A stretch of DNA of 64,000 nucleotides from Octopus bimaculoides (lineage: Eukaryota), in contig NC_068981.1 in NCBI RefSeq assembly GCF_001194135.2, positions 13,865,593 to 13,929,592 on the forward strand. Direction: 5' to 3'. The position numbers and the translations under genes are program-made. The first letter of the stretch is position 1. Each line of letters starts with the position of its first letter. A model generated the notes under the pieces. The model did no database searches, was not told the DNA's origin, and was given only the letters and a program-made list of their open reading frames with translations. Positions 41,128-54,198 of the stretch are shown piece by piece.

Positions 41128-41290
41128 TTGCGTGACGTGGCTGTGTGGTAGGAATTCCTTCACAAACAGAGGGCTCCGTGTTCAGTTTCACTACGTGAAG
41201 ACCTGTACAAGTGCCTTCTAATACAACCCCGGGCCGGCGAAAACCTTTTGCGTGAATTTGATAGACAGAAATTTACAGTACACCGTCATC
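41128..41290 (+). mobile_element. SINE family C head running into microsatellite and gap
   Basis: gtggctgtgtggtagg...gtgttcagtttcactacgtg...caagtgccttcta, homologous to 36806. Confidence 0.6.
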
Positions 41291-41305
41291 TATCTATCTA
41301 TCTAT

Positions 41306-41338
<33 letters not shown>

Positions 41339-41784
41339 NNNNNNNNNNNNNNNNNNNNNNNNNNNNNNNNNNNNNNNNNNNNNNNNNNNNNNNNNNNNNN
41401 NNNNNNNNNNNNNNNNNNNNNNNNNNNNNNNNNNNNNNNNNNNNNNNNNNNNNNNNNNNNNNNNNNNNNNNNNNNNNNNNNNNNNNNNNNNNNNNNNNNN
41501 NNNNNNNNNNNNNNNNNNNNNNNNNNNNNNNNNNNNNNNNNNNNNNNNNNNNNNNNNNNNNNNNNNNNNNNNNNNNNNNNNNNNNNNNNNNNNNNNNNNN
41601 NNNNNNNNNNNNNNNNNNNNNNNNNNNNNNNNNNNNNNNNNNNNNNNNNNNNNNNNNNNNNNNNNNNNNNNNNNNNNNNNNNNNNNNNNNNNNNNNNNNN
41701 NNNNNNNNNNNNNNNNNNNNNNNNNNNNNNNNNNNNNNNNNTTTTACGTATAATCATTGATTTTATGAATTCTTAACACCTTTT

Positions 41785-41824
<40 letters not shown>

Positions 41825-42308
41825 AAGTGTTTTCTTATTCTTTTGTTATTTTGATATCCAATTCTTAATATGTTTATAATTCGTTTTTGTATTTGGTTTG
41901 CAAGATTCTTTATGTGAATTCGTGTGTTGAAGCATACCTTATTTTGTCTAGGAAGAGTCATTCTCTTTTAGTGCCTTATTATTTAACACACTCACAGTTT
42001 AGATTTCCACGCATTTACTTAGGTTTTCTAAAATGTTCGTTGTGTCTAACAACCTTTTCAATAGTCTTTGATTGTTTTTATAATTATCTCAAATAATTTG
42101 ATCTGTATTCTTCATACATGTTCACAGTTCTAGATGTTATTCCAACGTGTATTCACGTGCGCTGATTCGAGCGTATATCTTAAACTGCATGAATAATTAT
42201 ATATGTACGTATAAACCAATATGTGTCTGAGTGTATATGAGGAGGTTTAGAAGGAAAAAAATGAGTATAAGATAAATGTAAATAAACAAAAAAAAACATT
42301 TTACATAC

Positions 42309-42470
42309 CGTAGTCCAATTTCCCTCTGCCACCGGGCACCTTACCCGGTCCACTTCCTCAGAGATTCGTAGAAAATGTTGTAATTGTGGATTATCTGGGT
42401 CAAGTAGTTGAAAACCTGTTAAGTTTACACCGCCGTATTTCAGCCTCTCAAGTGGAAGATTAATGAATCC
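42309..42470 (-). CDS. Ionotropic glutamate receptor ATD exon (GFINLPLERLKYGGVNLTGFQLLDPDNPQLQHFLRISEEVDRVRCPVAEGNWTT)
   Basis: 162 bp, phase 0-0, with acceptor attatttcag and donor ACG|GTATGT. YGGVNLTGFQLLD matches GluA FGGANVSGFQIVD and GluK YSGVNMTGFRIL. Confidence 0.92.
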
Positions 42471-42474
42471 CTGA

Positions 42475-42540
<66 letters not shown>
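42475..42540. repeat. (AAT)22 microsatellite abutting the iGluR exon acceptor
   Basis: Directly visible; it ends one base from the CAG acceptor at 42471-42473. Confidence 0.95.
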
Positions 42541-42543
<3 letters not shown>

Positions 42544-42564
42544 AAGAAGAAGAATAAGTAGAAG

Positions 42565-43040
42565 AAACTGCTACTTTGGAAACTATTCAAAAAGTTAATA
42601 ATGTGGGCTAGAGTAAGGCAAGTCGTGTTATGGGCACAAACTGCAGAGAGTGTGGCAGAGTCGGAGACTAGCGAAATCCTCAGAGATTTCCCAAAGAAAA
42701 TAGATCATTTACTAGAGCATAACAGACCTGACCTAGAGGTGGTGGACAAGATGCACCACATATGCTACATAGTTGTTGTCTGCCTCTTTGACCCACAAAT
42801 AATCAAGAAGAAAGGTGAAAAGATAAATAAATACGACCCTCTTAAATACGAAATAGCCCGGCTATGGAAAATGAAGAAGTGAAGATAGTGCCAATTATTT
42901 TCGGGTCCTTGAGAACAGAGTCAGAAGGCATCGAGGGAATATAAAGGAAACTAGAATAGAGTGTCCAGTAGAACTGTTAGAAAAGGTTTGCCTCCTTGGC
43001 ACGGCCAGAATAATCAGGTATGTATTAGATATCTGAAAGG
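42565..43040 (+). mobile_element. R4/Dong-like LINE, restriction-like endonuclease C-terminus
   Basis: ILRDFPKKIDHLLEHNRPDLEVVDK...EKINKYDPLKYEIARLWKMKK and GTARIIR match the RLE PD..D motif region. Confidence 0.85.
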
Positions 43041-43089
43041 AATGGATGACATGGTACCGTAGGCAGCAGGTAAGAAACCTCCTACGCAT

Positions 43090-43620
43090 GTAAGCCTCCA
43101 AGAGCTCCAACAAAACCTGGGATAAAGAGAAATGATAACAAGAAAACATATGACAGGATTTAGGATGCACCACGCAATATCTGACATAGAAAAGCTATAT
43201 ATACAACGTATTGAATGTGACAGAGGCCTTATACAGCTAGACAACTATTACAAAATTACCACCATAGGACTACAGACATACCTATTTCAGAAGCAAGGAA
43301 AACTAATAGAAATAACCACAAAGCACGAACAAAAAAAAGTATGTTTTCTGTCTTTAAGGAAGCTGACCAATACAAAAAATAATGTCATAGTACCTAACGA
43401 CTATGAAGAAAGAGAAGAAACAACAAAAGCTGTAAACATCTGAAATCCAAACTAAAACTAGAACAGGAACATATGATAGAACGATGTCAAATACTGAGTT
43501 AAGCTAAATGGAAAAGAAATAGACAAAGCAAAATCTCGACAATGGTTGAAGTAGAAACTGAAGGATTTTCAATTGTAGCACATGGTCAAAGCTTTCCCAC
43601 TAGAAATCACCAAAAGTGTA
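43090..43620 (+). mobile_element. R4/Dong-like LINE, post-RT fragment
   Basis: TRKHMTGFRMHHAISDIEKLYIQRIECDRGLIQL resembles TRKLMT..HHPKADVDRLY.PR.EGGRGL. Confidence 0.75.
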
Positions 43621-43870
43621 TCGTACTATTCCTTCGTCCACTTCTGTCTTTTTTTGTGCACACCGTGTACGTGATCTGTTGTGGCATAACGACCGTCCGA
43701 GGCCAGATTTCTTCCAATGATGCAGGAGGTATCGGACGTGCCAGGCGGGAAACCTTCACCCTGATCGGCTATAGCTTCATTCTCGCCGTTAATTTATTCC
43801 TTTGTGTGTTGCATCATGATTTCATGATCGTTCGTGGGGTTCCCATGAGATTTGTCTTTGAGATTTCATC
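43621..43870 (-). mobile_element. Inverted fragment, probably the R4-type N-terminal region
   Basis: Minus-strand TDHVHGVHKKRQKWTKE resembles the N-terminal RxKWTKEEN motif. It interrupts plus-strand R4 sequence. Confidence 0.4.
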
Positions 43871-43904
43871 TCTATATATTTGTATATACTCGCACACATG
43901 TATG

Positions 43905-44355
43905 TACATACTCTGGGACTATGTGTTTCAGACTGATTGTGCAATCGAACACCATCGGCCGCATATTGTCGTATTGAATAAAGGAGAAAAATACTGTCAG
44001 ATCATTGATGTAGCCATACCAAATGACATGAATGTTGTGAGTAAAGACGTTGAAAAAGATCACCAAGTACTCCGAATTGAAAGTGGAAATGGCAAGACTG
44101 TGTGGAATGTGAGAGGGTAGTGTAAAAGTGATAGCAGTGGTGATCGGAGCGTTGGGCTCAATCCCATTGAAACTTCAGGTCTTCTTAACAACTGAAAATC
44201 TCATGCAAGATTGATGTCTTGCAAAAAGCGGCATTATTGGTCACAGTACGCATCTTAAGGAAAGTATTATCTGTCTGAGGTCCTTGTGGTGACTTGATAG
44301 ATGACTAAAGACTCCGGTGCATTTTACCTACACTGTTTTATGAAGGAATAATAAT
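43905..44355 (+). mobile_element. R4/Dong-like LINE 3' end with short (TAA)n tail
   Basis: LWDYVFQTDCAIEHHRPHIVVLNKGEKYCQIIDVAIPND...VIGALGSIP...LQKAALL, then a 3' UTR ending gaaggaataataataa. Confidence 0.85.
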
Positions 44356-44364
44356 AAGAAAGAA

Positions 44365-44725
44365 AGACTGAGAACACCGTACAGGCAGCACGAAACCAAG
44401 CTTTGACCAGAAAGTGGAGGGTCAGCCTTAGGAATGAGCAGGTGTCTGCGTTGTGCTGCATCTATAACCTAGTGGAAGAAAGAATTGCCCATATCGTGAA
44501 CGAATGCCTTAGACTTGCTGCAAACCCTTACAACTTGTGGTGACATGATGAACTAGCGAATGTGCTAAATTGAAAACTCTGCGGAAAGTGGGGTCTGAAG
44601 AGAAGGAATACGCTGTATGTGTACAAACCACAGAGAGTGGCGGAGTTTAAGTGCTAGAGCATAACAGACTGGATTTAGTAGTAGTGAACACGGTGTCCCA
44701 CATATGCTATATAATTGATGATACA
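44365..44725 (+). mobile_element. R4/Dong-like LINE zinc-knuckle fragment
   Basis: TENTVQAARNQAL...SALCCIYNLVEERIAHIVNEC...HDELANVLNxKLCGKWG, a degenerate CCHC region. Confidence 0.75.
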
Positions 44726-46169
44726 GAATCACCACGTAATCTCATTTGATCAATGGCTACGTAAATACTCTACTCTTGAAATTATTTTTGTTAATATCTG
44801 AATTTCTTTTCACACAATTCGGAACATCAGAGTATAGTGAGCCTTCTATGGGAGTGAAAATTTAACTTTAATATGAGGTAGTCAAACATATGTAAAACAC
44901 TCACACAGACACACATATTCTTATATATTGTATAGATCATGGAATGATTTAAGTTTATTGCAGTATTTTTGATTTAACTCTGTATCATAGAAATAAATAA
45001 TTTATCTCATGACTTAGATAATTGAGAAGTATTTTAATTAAAACATTTAAGTTGCTAAAATGAGGAAATTACAAAACAATTTTATGATCAATGGATATTT
45101 AGTGCTACAATCTAAAGTGTTCCTTAAATCAATGGTATACTTAGCCAGTCATTAGACATATTTTGTCTGTTGCTACGTAGTAGTGATTTTCCTACTAATC
45201 AATACAATACTTACAACTATATTAGTTCACTAATGTTACTGATTTTTGTTATCTCGTTCTGAAAATATTTCAGCAGAACGTTTAATTAGGTGTTATTTTA
45301 AAATCGGTACATTCAAATTTAATTGGAAGCAGAATCTAATGGAAAATACTAAAAGACAAGCGTAAATTAAGTCGGCTTAATGGATTTTAGATAGTGATTA
45401 ACGTAGAAAGTTGCTACTCAACTATAATTAACGCTCTTCTCGTCTAATATTTATTACACTACGATGAATATATAATGTGTCAAGAAAAGGTTCATAGATA
45501 TAGCTGGCATATTGGAAAATCTACTCACGAAATGCGAAACAGAACGTGAAAGTTAATAGAAGAAAACTAAAATCTTCCAATTACCGTTTATTTTGTACCA
45601 GAAAATCTTTGTCTTAACATGATGAAGTGATTATTCAAATGATATTCCACTTGAAAATGAAGAATATTTAACTAATAATTGAATTCCTTCTGTCAACTAC
45701 GTTTAGAATATAATTTACATATAAACAGCCAGGTAAAAACCAGCTTGTTAAATGTTTACGATACCTAAAAAACAAAATATATACTTTAATAAGAAAGCCA
45801 TTGTATACATTTTCGAAGACTTCAACATTACAAAGTCTCTCCAAAACAAAAAAAATTATGTTAGGCATACTACAGAATGCCAAGTATACAATGCTGAATC
45901 AACATAATCCAACAAATACTTAGTATTATTTTCAGAGATAATCCATGAGTGTATAATATTCTAATGAATGTTACATGTATTTAAAGATATGTATATTCTG
46001 TATGGGTATGACTTGAAACTGAATCCGGTCCTGGGTCCTTGGAACGGGCCTTCAAGTGGATTGATGGGTGTCGACCCGATTCTTAGCCAGTATTGTTTCC
46101 GGGAAAACTCTGATCCGAAGTAGTATCACGTCTTAATTTCCCAGCTATGGGCTAACTAGCACGTGAAGG

Positions 46170-46310
46170 AGTTTGGCCTTGTGGATTGAATGATGCAATC
46201 GTGATAGTGAGATCACGGTTTCCATTCCCAGACCAGCTATGTGTTGTGTTCTCGATTGAGACACTTGATTTCAAGCTGGTTCAGTCCACTCAGCTGTAAA
46301 TGGGGAGCCT
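46170..46310 (+). mobile_element. SINE family A fragment
   Basis: tggccttgtgg...ggtttccattccc...tgtgttctcgattgagacacttgatttcaagctggttcagtccactcagctgtaaatgggg (CORE-like). Confidence 0.6.
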
Positions 46311-48461
46311 TCTGATCGATTCGACATAAGACTGAGGTGATGGATCAGGAAAAATCACCTGAATAGTTGAACACTGGAAAATATTATGCTTCCATTACGC
46401 AAATTCTATTCCAAACCTAGTGCAGAATGCTACGAGTAAATAGAGAGAGAGAGAAGAGGTGGAGGAGGAGGAGGAGGAGGAGGAGGAGGAAGAGGATGAG
46501 GATTATCATCACTGCTACATAGAATGTAGTACACTTCAAAGCACACCTCTGGAAGCACTGATTCAGCGACGATTATGGACCTCATAAACCTCAGTACACT
46601 TTACGAAATGAGAGATGTACCTCGACAGTGAAGGAGGTTTGAAACTAGAAAGAAGACCATACCAGATTAAATTTCCTAAATTACAAGTGATATATTATAG
46701 TTTATTCTTGATTAGAATACAAGTTTATAAATAATAAAAGCGAGTGAACACGTGCATTTACAAGCAAGCACCCCCTCCCCCCCCCACACACACACATTGC
46801 ACCCAACTCGTGATGGCTGAAATGTTGTTGGCTTTATTCTTTCCTTCCCTCATAACCAGAAAATACAGAAAGTCTTCCGGCAGACACATGCACAAAGCAT
46901 TTCTACCAAGGCTTTAATACATTTTCTCCGAGAAATTCGAAGTGCATGTTATTATTTAATGGATATGTTTTTTCTTTGAGGCTCTATTATGATTTCAGAA
47001 GGGTTTTACTAATTTGGAGGTCGAATAATAAGGCCCAGGTTTGTTCGTCAGTTTTTGTTTCCGAGTGATAAAATAGTGCAACGTCATTGTGACTGTGCAT
47101 AATCATACATTCCTAAAATTTTCAAGGAAAGCTTGAAGGTTTGGTTTTCTCTTCAGTAAAATTCACTCGCCTCTACACATTTGCAGCAACCGGAATCATA
47201 TCGAATGGAGAAAATGGCTAACTCAGTAATAGAAGAGTCGTCAGTCTTTCTTGTTTACATTATTTAAAAGGACTACACATGTAAAGTGAATCTTGCTACT
47301 AAGTGGGTTCTCATGTTATCAATTTTACATCATTCTTCAGTAAGATTCTAAGATTACGTCCCGTTGTATTAGATAGTAAGAAAGTATTTTCATCCATCCA
47401 AATTCTTGCTATATTAAACAATTCGGTCCACTTTGCTAATGCTATATCATGGCGCCTAAATTACCTAATCGAGAGAATACATTAATGAGAAAATTCCACA
47501 AGAAAATCCACCAAGCGTCATGTACAACACCACATTCGATACATCTCCCTGTTTGAAGTGGAACCTTTACTAACACAATTTATAAGCAAGTATGATAGAG
47601 GACTATACATAATTGGATTTAGCACATTCATCTATTTTACTCTCAGATCATTTGCACAAAAGAAATTCATCTCCTAATCGTTGAATAATAAATTTGAAAA
47701 GAGACTGAGAACGATTCAATGAAGCAACTGAACTGAGATCCATGCTGCTGTACGAAATTTCCTATAACAAGCAGGAGTTGTTATTGGACAGGTTTGCAGT
47801 AGGTTGATTTTTCTTCTATATATACGTCTTCATCTTTTGCGCTGCTTAATTTTACTTGCAGTAAAATTATCTTTAATAACATAATTCTGTGTAAAAGGTC
47901 AAGATTAATGTTTATGCAATAGCGTTGTAAAGGACCTCTTCTTCAATGGCTCAATAGGAAAACCAGCCGTCCGCCTACTTCTGCATGAAAGCTTGTTATT
48001 AAGTCAGCCAATGCAATTCATATACTTAGACCCAGTTATTCTATTACATGAAAACATGTCCAAAATGACAAGCTATATAAGAGAAGAAAAAAATCTAAAT
48101 CAGCGACAACTATATTGCTTCCTAATCGATTTCCGAATATGATCGATGCCAGTGAATATCCGCTAAAATTAAAATATATCGTCAGAGAATGCGTCTTTAT
48201 TATATATTTACTTTCATCTTTCGTTTAAGTTAGACATCGGTGTTGTGATATGCCACATAAATCCTATCATTTTTCCATGTTCATATTGATGATGCTTCAG
48301 ACACATTCAATGGAGACATCTTCCTGGCGAGCAGAAGTGCGTCACTTGTCAAAGCGGTCGGACAATCCAAAACAATCTCTTCTATCTCAACGACTATATT
48401 AGCTTTTCTTGCCATGCGAAAAATATCGCAAACATATCACAGCTACAACCATAATTTCTCC

Positions 48462-48507
<46 letters not shown>

Positions 48508-48590
48508 GAGTGAGAGAGCAGTGTATACCATCAAAGTGACACTGGGGTATTATTATTACTATTATTTTTGTTGTTGTTGTTGCAGTTATT

Positions 48591-48765
48591 TAAGGCGCGA
48601 AGGTGGCAGATCTGTTCGTGCGTCGAACTAAATCTTTAGTAGCATTTCTTCTGCCTCTTTAAATTGTGATTTCAAATCTTGCGAGGGGTCAACTTTATCA
48701 TTAACCATCCCTATAGAGCCAATTAAATAAAACACCATTCAAGTACTGGAGTCGATGCAGTCCGT
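48591..48765 (+). mobile_element. SINE family B, degenerate
   Basis: aaggcgcgaaggtggcaga...tttcaaatcttgcgaggggtcaacttt...gtactggagtcgatg. Confidence 0.5.
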
Positions 48766-51700
48766 TTTCTCTTGGTTTCAAATTGTTGGCCTTGTACCCA
48801 AACTTGAATGAAGTATTATCTTTTAAAGCAGTGAAGAAACACACACACATACACATCTATGTGTGTACGATTGTGTGTGCGTGTGTGTTTATCTATGTCC
48901 ATGTGCGTGTGGCCATATATATATATATATATAAATGATACAATCAAAAGAAATACCCAAAGATTCACTAAAAACAGTCCCAATCACTGCTATAATCCAC
49001 AACGAGCCACTTTTAGGTCACTTGACCATTGAACATCCTACTACTATCATACCATCCCTCATTCTTTTATTATTCGTTCTCTTCTTCTTCTTCTTCTTCT
49101 TCTTCTTCTTCTTCTTCTTCTTCTTCTTCTTCTNNNNNNNNNNNNNNNNNNNNNNNNNNNNNNNNNNNNNNNNNNNNNNNNNNNNNNNNNNNNNNNNNNN
49201 NNNNNNNNNNNNNNNNNNNNNNNNNNNNNNNNNNNNNNNNNNNNNNNNNNNNNNNNNNNNNNNNNNNNNNNNNNNNNNNNNNNNNNNNNNNNNNNNNNNN
49301 NNNNNNNNNNNNNNNNNNNNNNNNNNNNNNNNNNNNNNNNNNNNNNNNNNNNNNNNNNNNNNNNNNNNNNNNNNNNNNNNNNNNNNNNNNNNNNNNNNNN
49401 NNNNNNNNNNNNNNNNNNNNNNNNNNNNNNNNNNNNNNNNNNNNNNNNNNNNNNNNNNNNNNNNNNNNNNNNNNNNNNNNNNNNNNNNNNNNNNNNNNNN
49501 NNNNNNNNNNNNNNNNNNNNNNNNNNNNNNNNNNNNNNNNNNNNNNNNNNNNNNNNNNNNNNNNNNNNNNNNNNNNNNNNNNNNNNNNNNNNNNNNNNNN
49601 NNNNNNNNNNNNNNNNNNNNNNNNNNNNNNNNNNNNNNNNNNNNNNNNNNNNNNNNNNNNNNNNNNNNNNNNNNNNNNNNNNNNNNNNNNNNNNNNNNNN
49701 NNNNNNNNNNNNNNNNNNNNNNNNNNNNNNNNNNNNNNNNNNNNNNNNNNNNNNNNNNNNNNNNNNNNNNNNNNNNNATATATATATATATATAATCTCT
49801 GCGTGCTCGCTTTGTTGTAATTGTAATTGTAGCAAGTAATATTGAAGGATGTATCATTGATATATAAGTTTTACACAAATAATTATATAAATAATCTTAA
49901 TCATGTAGTGTCAAAAGATCAGGCTCCGACATAATTATACACCGATATAATTACACAATGATTTAGAAGGGAAATAATTTTGACGCTTCTATACCATTAG
50001 ATAGAGTACGTGTGAGTATCATGGTACAAAATAGTAACGTTTCCCCATGTAAATAAAAGAGCTTCGTACAGAGAAATATGAGCAGTTAAGTGTGAAATTG
50101 GTTTCGTAATAGATAAAACAAAATGAAAGTTAATAAATAATCGGAGAAAAGAAATATTTCTTTGATCGATAATTGTTAATTAAACCGGCGTTAAGATACA
50201 GTCTTTGTCTTTGAGAGTGTAATTTTATACATTGAATTAAGTATCAATTAATGTTTTTCTAGCATGATTTTTCAATAAATTTTTTTTTTCTTGTTCTAAT
50301 ACTTTGTTCGTATGTTTTTTTTTCATTATTTGATTCCAGACATGGAGTTCGTTATTCGTGCTTGTTTTCAATTGTATTTGAAATATATAATATATTATAA
50401 TTCATATATTCCTATATAATTTCGTATAATAAACATATGTAGTATATTATATTTGTGCACACTCGCGTGCACACACATGCGCACACAGGCGTGAGCGCAC
50501 ATATATATCTTATTCTATATTTGGTTTGGCGATGCAATCAGAAAAAATGGAATGTTTGTGTGTGTGTTTGTGTGTTATTAGTCTTCGATACAATGTTAGA
50601 GAGGTTCGTGGTATATGTATATACACAAACGTTATATGGGAAATACCAAGCCTACTTGATAACAATTGATAAATTGCCTGCTAGTTTATTACTTTCTTTT
50701 CTCTTTTATATTAGTTATATCCTGATCAGACGTAGGCCTTCCTGTCCTATCTCTTCAAGCTTTCGTTGGAAATAGTGTTTGTAAGAAGAGAATAAGTGAC
50801 AAGAGAGATTTGGCCGCATTGTATAGTCGGTTTACTGACCATACAGAAGTTCTTTATTTGGTATGTACGTTTGGTATGTATATGTATGTATATCCGTATG
50901 GGTTTATATGTGTGTATGTTTCTGTGTTTCTGAGTCTGTGTGCATCTGTGTTGTAGATGTCTATGTGGGCGTTGTGTATTTGTGTGTGTAACTATACAAA
51001 GTCTGCTTTGATTCTTATTAGGTTTTCATATCTCTGTTAAACATATATGCCATGGGTATATAACGACTTTTTTCAAAGGTATTAGTTCCTTGGGCGAAAT
51101 CTTTCTTGATGTTTACATACTCCCTCACACATAATTTATACGATCCTACTAACGTATCCATACCGTTAAGAAAAGCGATGGAAGAACTAGCATATATTCT
51201 GGGTATATTTCGTTCTTGAAAGACACGATATCCGTTACTTTTTTTATAAGTCACTGCATATTTCCTGTTTCGCATCACTATATACCAGTGCTAGCTTCTG
51301 TCCATAAGTTCGTTACCCGCTTTGATTTGAGGAAGTAAGTAGTAATCTTATTCCATGATTAAAGGGTTTAACCCATTACCTACCAGTGATCCCATATGAG
51401 ATCACTTAAAAATTACAAATTTCGTAATTATCTGTCAATATTTACACATATCTAACCTTTTTGCTATATCTACTAGGTATATTTCTCTTATATTCAAATG
51501 AGGTTTGCTAATTTTTCACCCAATATCTCCGTTATTTCTATTTAAAATGTTATTTTGAAATGTTATTTTGATCATTCCAGCGTGTTTCTAAGGCTGTTTT
51601 ATGCTAGAAATCAAAGTTTCCTAAAAACAATTCCAGTTAATAGAATTATGGGAGGTAATCGGTTAAATTCGAAGCTATCGTGGAATAGTCAACTTTGATT

Positions 51701-52269
51701 ACATGGTCACTATAACCGAGCAAAAATTTAAGAGACCATTCTGATACATTAGCTTTTGTATCTCTTAAGTGACCTCGGTTCCTTCTGCCTCGAATATTAG
51801 TAAATACTGAAGCGACTCAAAAGATTTTTCGAACGCACAGGCAAAATTAATATATCTCAGGACTTAATACTCGCTCACCTCCTCCATTATTCTACAGATC
51901 TAATTCTACACTATCAACCCAAACCTAGACGTACCTCCGAAAATGAGTTCTATTTTTTCTTATTCGAATTAAAAAAACAACAACCTAATGTCGTCCTTTT
52001 TATCCATGTAATGATTTTTATACATAAACTAAGGCGCACTGAGGTTTTGCCACTAAGAAACTAACTGATGGATATTCATAAGATCGGAAAGACAAGACGA
52101 AGCAGCACAACACGGGTTGCACTAAATACGATTCCAACACTGTTAAACAATACATTGCATACTTCTATGAATAGTGACTGATATATCTATGAATACACAC
52201 TTATATACACACAAATATATAAAAACCCCGCCTAGTACACACACACACTCTCTCTCTCTAACTATACAA

Positions 52270-52439
52270 ATATATATATATATATGTATATAAATATATA
52301 TATATACATGCATATGTGTATATATATATATACACTTACATGCATATATATACATATATGCATATATATATATCGAGACATATATATATACATATATACA
52401 TACATATATATATATATTCATACATATATATGCATATGT

Positions 52440-52532
<93 letters not shown>

Positions 52533-52570
52533 TATACATACGTATATGTATATACATACATACATTCACA
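52270..52570. repeat. Long (TA)n-rich microsatellite, representative of dozens of (TA)n/(CA)n/(GA)n/(TATC)n/(TATG)n tracts; most N gaps abut such tracts
   Basis: Directly visible. Confidence 0.95.
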
Positions 52571-53055
52571 TATGAAGCTGAGACATAGCTATACAAATAT
52601 GCAAATAGGCACACATACATGTGTTTACATAAAGATAAAATATGTGCCTTGTCATCTTTAAGAGTGCATATATATGCATGTGCATTTATGTATGTGTATA
52701 TATATACATGCGTATATACATATGTGTATTTTTGTCGTCCATTTTAGAAATCTAAAACTTGGATTTTTCTGCTACTTACTCGAGATTAATATTATAAATG
52801 AGAGCGAAAGGAATTAAATATTGTCCTGTCACATCACATACTATCAGAAAAGAAATCATGTTTTACATATACATTGTCAGATTTCTTGCATTAAGAATTA
52901 ATTCTAGAATTCAGATTCGATTATACATTTTGGCGAATAGAATAAAAACAAAATATTCAATATAAAATATTTTTTTGAATCGTGAAAGTTCATAATTTAT
53001 ACCATACACACATTATTATTATTATGGAACATTTCTTAGTGTGTAGGAGTATAAT

Positions 53056-53125
53056 ATTTGGTCAATGAGGTATTGGTGAGGTCAACGAGCTATTGGTGAG
53101 GTCAACGAGCTATTGGTGATGTCAA
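53056..53125. repeat. 20-bp minisatellite (tattggtgaggtcaacgagc), about 3.5 copies
   Basis: Two perfect units at 53071-53110 plus partial flanking units. Confidence 0.85.
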
Positions 53126-53487
53126 ATTTTAGGAAGATTATTCCTTGTATATTTAATCTTTTCCATTAAGATATTCGCCGAAAGCCGAAGAATAAATCAA
53201 TAGATGAAATGTAGCATTGATTTATACAAAATATTCTGTATTTGCTACCGATTTTCCACACGACTCACTGCGTATACTTTTCAGTCATAAATGGCTCGAA
53301 TATTGAAAGCATCAGTATAGTGGTTTTGCAAATTCAAACATAAATGTATCTGTTATAGTTCATATTGTATACTTAAACAACGTTTTTGTTTATTTTGCAG
53401 AACTGTAAACTTATGCTATAAGATCCATCGAATCCCAATACACATATTACGAAAACTAGTTTTAAGGCATATATATATGTATTTGAA

Positions 53488-53795
53488 AGCGTGTGGCTTA
53501 TTGGTTAGGGCATGCGTCTCACGATCGTAAGGTCGTGAGTTCAATTGCTAGAGACACTTTGTGTCCTTCAGCAAAACTTTATTTCACGTTGTTCTTTTCC
53601 ACTCAGCTGAGTACTACTTGAATTTCAAAGGGCTGGCCTTGTCACACTTTGTGTCATGTGTAATCTCCCTGAGAACTACGTTAAGTGTACACGTGACTAT
53701 AAAGTGCTCAGTCACTTGCATGTTAATTTCACAAGCAAGCTGTTCCGTTGATCGCATCAGCTGAGACCCTCGTCGTCGTAACCGACGGAGTGCTC
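53488..53795 (+). mobile_element. SINE family A, full length
   Basis: tggcttattgg A box, gagttcaattgc B box, CORE-like centre, and tail ...cgtcgtcgtaaccgacggagtgc. Confidence 0.85.
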
Positions 53796-53830
53796 TTATA
53801 TATATACACATACACTTTTACTCATTGTAA

Positions 53831-53994
53831 TTTGACTGTGGCCATGCTAGAGCACCACCTTTAGTCGAATAAATCAACCCCAGTACTTATTCTTTTTAAG
53901 CCTAGTACTTATTCTTTTGCCGAACCGCTAAGTGATGGGGACGTGAGCACACCAACATCGGTTGTCGAGTGATGGTGGGGGACAAACAGACACA

Positions 53995-54038
<44 letters not shown>

Positions 54039-54198
54039 TATATATATGTAAATGTCGGGCTTCTTGCAATTTCCAAATCCACTCACAAGGCTGTGGTCGG
54101 TCCGAGGTTATAGTAGAAGACACTTGCCCCAAGGTGCCACGCAGTGGGACTGAACCCGGAAGCATGTGGTTGGAAGGCATGCTTCTTAGCCACTCCTA
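53831..54198 (-). mobile_element. SINE family C with internal microsatellite
   Basis: Reverse complement of the 36806-37194 element. Confidence 0.85.

Noticed and set aside
53056-53125. Short regular repeat considered as CRISPR-like
   Set aside because: The units are directly tandem with no spacers, in a eukaryotic context; it is a minisatellite.
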